From: Eledone cirrhosa
Lineage: Eukaryota
DNA length: 64,000 nt
Reading direction: 5' to 3'
NCBI GenBank assembly: GCA_964016885.1
Contig: OZ024750.1
Coordinates: 34,968,001 to 35,032,000, forward strand
Shown here: piece by piece, positions 60,114 through 64,000 of the stretch
Numbering within the stretch: the first letter of the stretch is position 1
How the letters are laid out: each line of letters opens with the position of its first letter
The notes under the pieces: generated by a model
Told to the model about the DNA's origin: nothing
Databases searched by the model: none
What the model saw: the letters and a program-made list of their open reading frames with translations, nothing else
Program-made: the position numbers and the translations under genes

Positions 60114-61070
60114 TTATTATTTAATTAATTAATGAAGAATTTTGAGGGATTCACAAAAATCATTAATTATTTTATTACTAAGATAATAACTTGATACTTG
60201 AAAGATTCTAATTTAAATTGGTAATCTTTAAAATGGGTGACTTTATTTCATAGAACCAGAGCTGGTTTTGGCCAGGTTGGTAACTAAAGGGTTAAACTTT
60301 ACCAAACAACAAAGATTTCTGTAGAAATATTCTACTTTACACCCCCGCCTTTCTCAAATAATGTCATCAACTTCTCATTAGTTCACACACCCTTCCATTA
60401 ATAATAACAGTCTCAAAATTCTGCAATTGTGTTAAAATCTAATAGCATTTAGCACTATTTCATTTCAAATGTTATTCATTTCCTGACAACACAATGCTTA
60501 AAGCCACTCCTTTCTACACTATATATAAGCAAATATATTCATAGCTCCTATACACAGCTCATGTTTCAGTTTGATTAAAATGACTCCTACATACATATAA
60601 TACAATACTCAATGTATCATACTTAAATTCATGCTTATTCTACTCTAATCTAATTTATGCATAAACACCTACGTATGAAGGAATGCATAAAATATAATGA
60701 AACCAATGATTTTCAATAGCTGTTTACTCTTAACATATTTTTGAAGCTTTGCAACAATGCATTCATAGATATATTTATACTCTCATACTGCTGTTAATTA
60801 AAACTCAAATTACAGTATGATGCACATTTAGTTTTTCTATTGTAAACGATGCTGCATTCTTTTAGAAATTATTGAACTGAACTAATCCCCATGTGTTCTC
60901 AAATTTCGAAAATATTCTCTTGAAAACCATTCATATGAAATAAAGGATTTTATTGAATATATACTGCTATAGTGTTTTGTTTATAAATCATGTAAGATAA
61001 ACTCGAGTGGTAGGTAAATTATTTTGATGGTGTTTTTGTTAGAGGGTTAAAACATGCTATATAAACATCA

Positions 61071-61669
61071 TATATATATAACATTAGATATATAACATTA
61101 TATATATGTATGTGTATATATATATATATATATAACATTAGATATATAACATTATATATATAACATTATATATATGTATGGAGGCACATGGCTTAGTGGT
61201 TAGAGCATTGGCCTTGCAATCGAAAGGTTGTGAGTTCAATTCTCAGACCGGGTGATGTGTTGTTTCCTTGAGCAAGACACTTTATTTCACATTGCTCCAG
61301 TTTACTCAGCTGTAGAAATGAGATGATAGGGACTGGGGTCCCTATCATTCCACTGCAAAGTGGTCGTGGAGGTGCCACGGAAAAAAAGCACCCAGCACTC
61401 ACTGTAAATGAGGTTGGTGTTAGGAAGGGCATCCAGCTGTAGAAATCAAGCCAGAATCAGTTCCCGTCCCACCCTTGCAAGCAGGGAAAAGCGGACGTAA
61501 AACGAAATGATGATGATGATGATGATGTGTATATATATATATATATATATATAACATTAGATATATAACATTATATATATGTATGTGTGTATATATATAT
61601 ATAACATTATATATATGTATGTGTATATATATATATATATAACATTAGATATATAACATTATATATATG

Positions 61670-61714
<45 letters not shown>

Positions 61715-61889
61715 CATTAGATATATAACATTATATATATGTATGTGTATATATATATATATATATATAACATTAGATATATAACATTATATATATGTAT
61801 GTGTATATATATAACATTAGATATATAACATTATATATATGTATGTGTATATATATATATAACATTAGATATATAACATTATATATATG

Positions 61890-61924
<35 letters not shown>
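61071..61924. repeat. TA-rich minisatellite, followed by (GA)n at 61925-61958
   Basis: Units TATAACATTAGATATATAACATTATATATATGTATGTG(TA)n, interrupted by a SINE. Confidence 0.95.
61180..61527 (+). mobile_element. Full-length tRNA/CORE SINE with RTE-like tail and (GAT)n end
   Basis: A-box TGGCTTAGTGG, B-box GAGTTCAATTCT, CORE-like TCCTTGAGCAAGACACTTTATTTCACATTGCTCCAG, middle GGTTGGTGTTAGGAAGGGCATCCAGC, tail GGAAAAGCGGACGTAAAACG-(ATG)n; it splits a minisatellite unit at ATG. Confidence 0.88.
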
Positions 61925-61959
<35 letters not shown>

Positions 61960-62543
61960 AAAGGTGAAATTGGAAATAGCACAGAAAATATATCTGTTTT
62001 TCTTTTTTTTCCCTTTCTTTGATTTGTCAAAGTTATATTATTGAAAAGATGACATTATTGAAAAAATGAGAGGGACAATTCTTTTAAAAACAGAGTTTTA
62101 TAATGCATATAAAATATATAAAGTATTACCGGTTCTGATACATTAGTAAAATACATCTTATCAAATGTTGTGTATTACGATTAAAAAGAATTAATAAGAA
62201 TTAAAAACTAAAAATTAAAGATTTAAAATTAAGAGGTAAGTTTTTTTCATCCCTTATTGACAAGGAGACTCCTTCTCAACAAGGAAGATGAAAAAAGTCA
62301 GTTTCCTGTATACGAGTGATAAATGGCCAGCTTTGCTGCATTCAAATAATAATTTAAAAAAATGTTCGCTCTACATGGCTGAATACAATAAATGTAATCT
62401 GATGTTTTTCGAATATTAATAATAACATTAGTGTCTGCAGTTCTGTTTACATGCCAACACAAGAGCAAGAATGAAGGGTTCATTCTACTGACATGGCTAT
62501 AAAAATGAGTCTTGTTTGTATAATTGCAAACGAATCGAATGTT

Positions 62544-62697
62544 TCGGACGCCATGCTTTCCAGCATAGTTACATCCCTTTACGATCTGAGTTCAAATCCC
62601 GCCGAGGTTGACTTTGCCTTTCATCCTTCAATAAAATAAAGTACCAGTATTGTACTGGGTAATTGCTGGCCTTGTGCCAAAAGTAGAAACAATTATT
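62544..62697 (+). mobile_element. Family-A SINE, 5'-truncated
   Basis: Colinear with 63693-63850, with a small deletion in the central domain. Confidence 0.88.
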
Positions 62698-62934
62698 AAT
62701 ATTCGAAAAACTCAGATTATATATATATATATATATATATGATATATATCATATATATAATGTGTTTAGATTCCTTTCCACTCATTAGACTGGTTAAATT
62801 AAGGGTCAAAGATTTATGAATTTAGTTTGATCAACCCTAGAATATTAAACCTGAAGAAAATTACTAACGTGTTTTGGTTAAGTTGTTAACTTATTAATGT
62901 TAATATTAAGTTTAATGTTTTAGTTAAATTAATA

Positions 62935-63597
62935 CCAAACTGAAGATAGCGAGTTCAGCTTTTATACCTACCTTCCTTCTTGTAATTATTGAATGCCGAA
63001 GCTGGTGCATTACTGTACTAACTTCTGAAATTCTTGCACTTAATTCAGCCTCCTGCTTTTCATCATTTGTGAACATGGCGCTGAGCTATCTGAACTTCTC
63101 TACCTGCTTCAATGGAACTCCATTCACACGTAGTGTGCACTGAGCAGGCTTGCTTGAGATGACGAGTGTCTCAGTCTTCACAGTACTGATTTTCATTCCA
63201 GCCATGCAGCATTTGGCATCAAACCTATCAAGTGCAAGCTGGAGATCACCTTCTGTTGAGTTAAGTAACACCATGTCGTCAGTAAATTCCAGTCGACTGA
63301 TTTTTACATGCGGCAGTTGTGATACCGCTTCAAACCTGGTTGCACATGTCAATCCTGTTCATGTAAATAATGAACAGGAGAGGTGACAGTATGTATCCTT
63401 GGTGGAGTCCGACTCCCACATTGAATGGTTTAGATTTAGCACCATTTATCCAAACACAAATACTCAGGCATTTGTATAGAGACACCAGGGCAACAAGAAA
63501 CTGACCATTCGTCCCATATTTCTGCAGAACCTTCAACTGCAGCTCCTGAGGAATGTGGTCATATGCCTTTTCAAGGTCGACAAAACAAGAACATAAC
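62935..63597 (-). pseudogene. RTE-clade LINE reverse-transcriptase fragment (decayed)
   Basis: Minus strand gives FVDLEKAYD, GLHQGYILSPLLFIIYM, LEFTDDMVLL (YADD-equivalent), GMKISTVKTETL and LKQVEKFR*L, with a frameshift near 63340 and an in-frame stop. Confidence 0.93.
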
Positions 63598-63663
63598 CTT
63601 AAGTTTAATGTTTTAGATAAGTTAAATTATTAACGTTTTGGTTGTTAACTTATTAATATTAAA

Positions 63664-63850
63664 GGCGGTGAATTGGCAGTATCGGTAGAGGGTCGGACGC
63701 CATGCTTTCTAGCATAGTTTCGTCCCTTTACATTCTGAGTTCAAATCCCACCGAGGTTAACTTTGCCTTTCATCCTTACGGGGTCGATAAAATAAAGTAC
63801 CAGTAATGCACTGGGTAATTGCTGGCCTTGTGCCTAAAGTAGAAACAATT
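63664..63850 (+). mobile_element. Full-length family-A tRNA-SINE
   Basis: GGCGGTGAATTGGCAGTATCGG (A-box), GAGTTCAAATCCC (B-box), central GCCTTTCATCCTTACGGGGTCGATAAAATAAAGTACC (resembles the Meta-type SINE domain, from memory), 3' GGCCTTGTGCC...GTAGAAACAATT. Confidence 0.9.
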
Positions 63851-64000
63851 AATTAATATATTTTGTTAAGCTGTTACTTATTAATGTTATCATTGAGGTT
63901 AATGTTAACGAAGCCATTAACAAAATTGGTAGCAATTACCATTTCATTTGGTGTTTCAAATAGTGAAAGTAGTAACAAAATATTATTTATCTATTTCTGT

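Larger units (their letters stand above)
59360..60340 (+). mobile_element. Tandem copies of a second TTAA MITE family; the second copy is interrupted by RTE and SINE insertions
   Basis: 59377-59613 aligns with 60125-60339; both contain GGTAACTAAAGGG|TTAA (59567-59570, 60292-60295). Confidence 0.65.

Noticed and set aside
60880-61050. Further TTAA transposon ending AGAGGG|TTAA
   Set aside because: No matching left terminus found in the window.
61180-61260. tRNA genes at the SINE heads (also 63664 and 60113)
   Set aside because: A and B boxes are present but no cloverleaf is evident, and they continue into SINE bodies.
61773-62030. 85-aa minus-strand ORF and other short ORFs between 52.9 and 62.5 kb
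   Set aside because: Microsatellite- or SINE-derived, or chance ORFs with no recognisable domain.

Overview
Non-coding, repeat-dominated eukaryotic DNA; no host protein-coding gene is supported. Bases 1-49397 are one uninterrupted, single-orientation satellite array of about 2,170 units of 22-25 bp (consensus CATCTTGACTTGA(A)CAACTACCA). It has a strong C/A versus G/T strand skew and nested kb-scale higher-order duplications. All minus-strand ORFs in it are translation artefacts. The array ends abruptly against a small foldback element made of 30-bp repeats. The remaining ~14.6 kb is AT-rich and contains tRNA-derived SINEs, decayed RTE and CR1 LINE fragments, TTAA-flanked (piggyBac-type) MITEs, a Tc2/pogo-like MITE, a possible Helitron and several minisatellites. 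The SINE and MITE families look octopus/cephalopod-like to me (recognition from memory, not verified). The most notable points: (i) the array's polarity and purity fit a possible non-canonical chromosome-end or centromeric satellite; (ii) it replaces the left terminus of a foldback transposon; (iii) a MITE nested inside its own family member has internally amplified into a ~19-unit minisatellite, with unexpanded relatives nearby; (iv) there is a decayed hammerhead-ribozyme-like motif.
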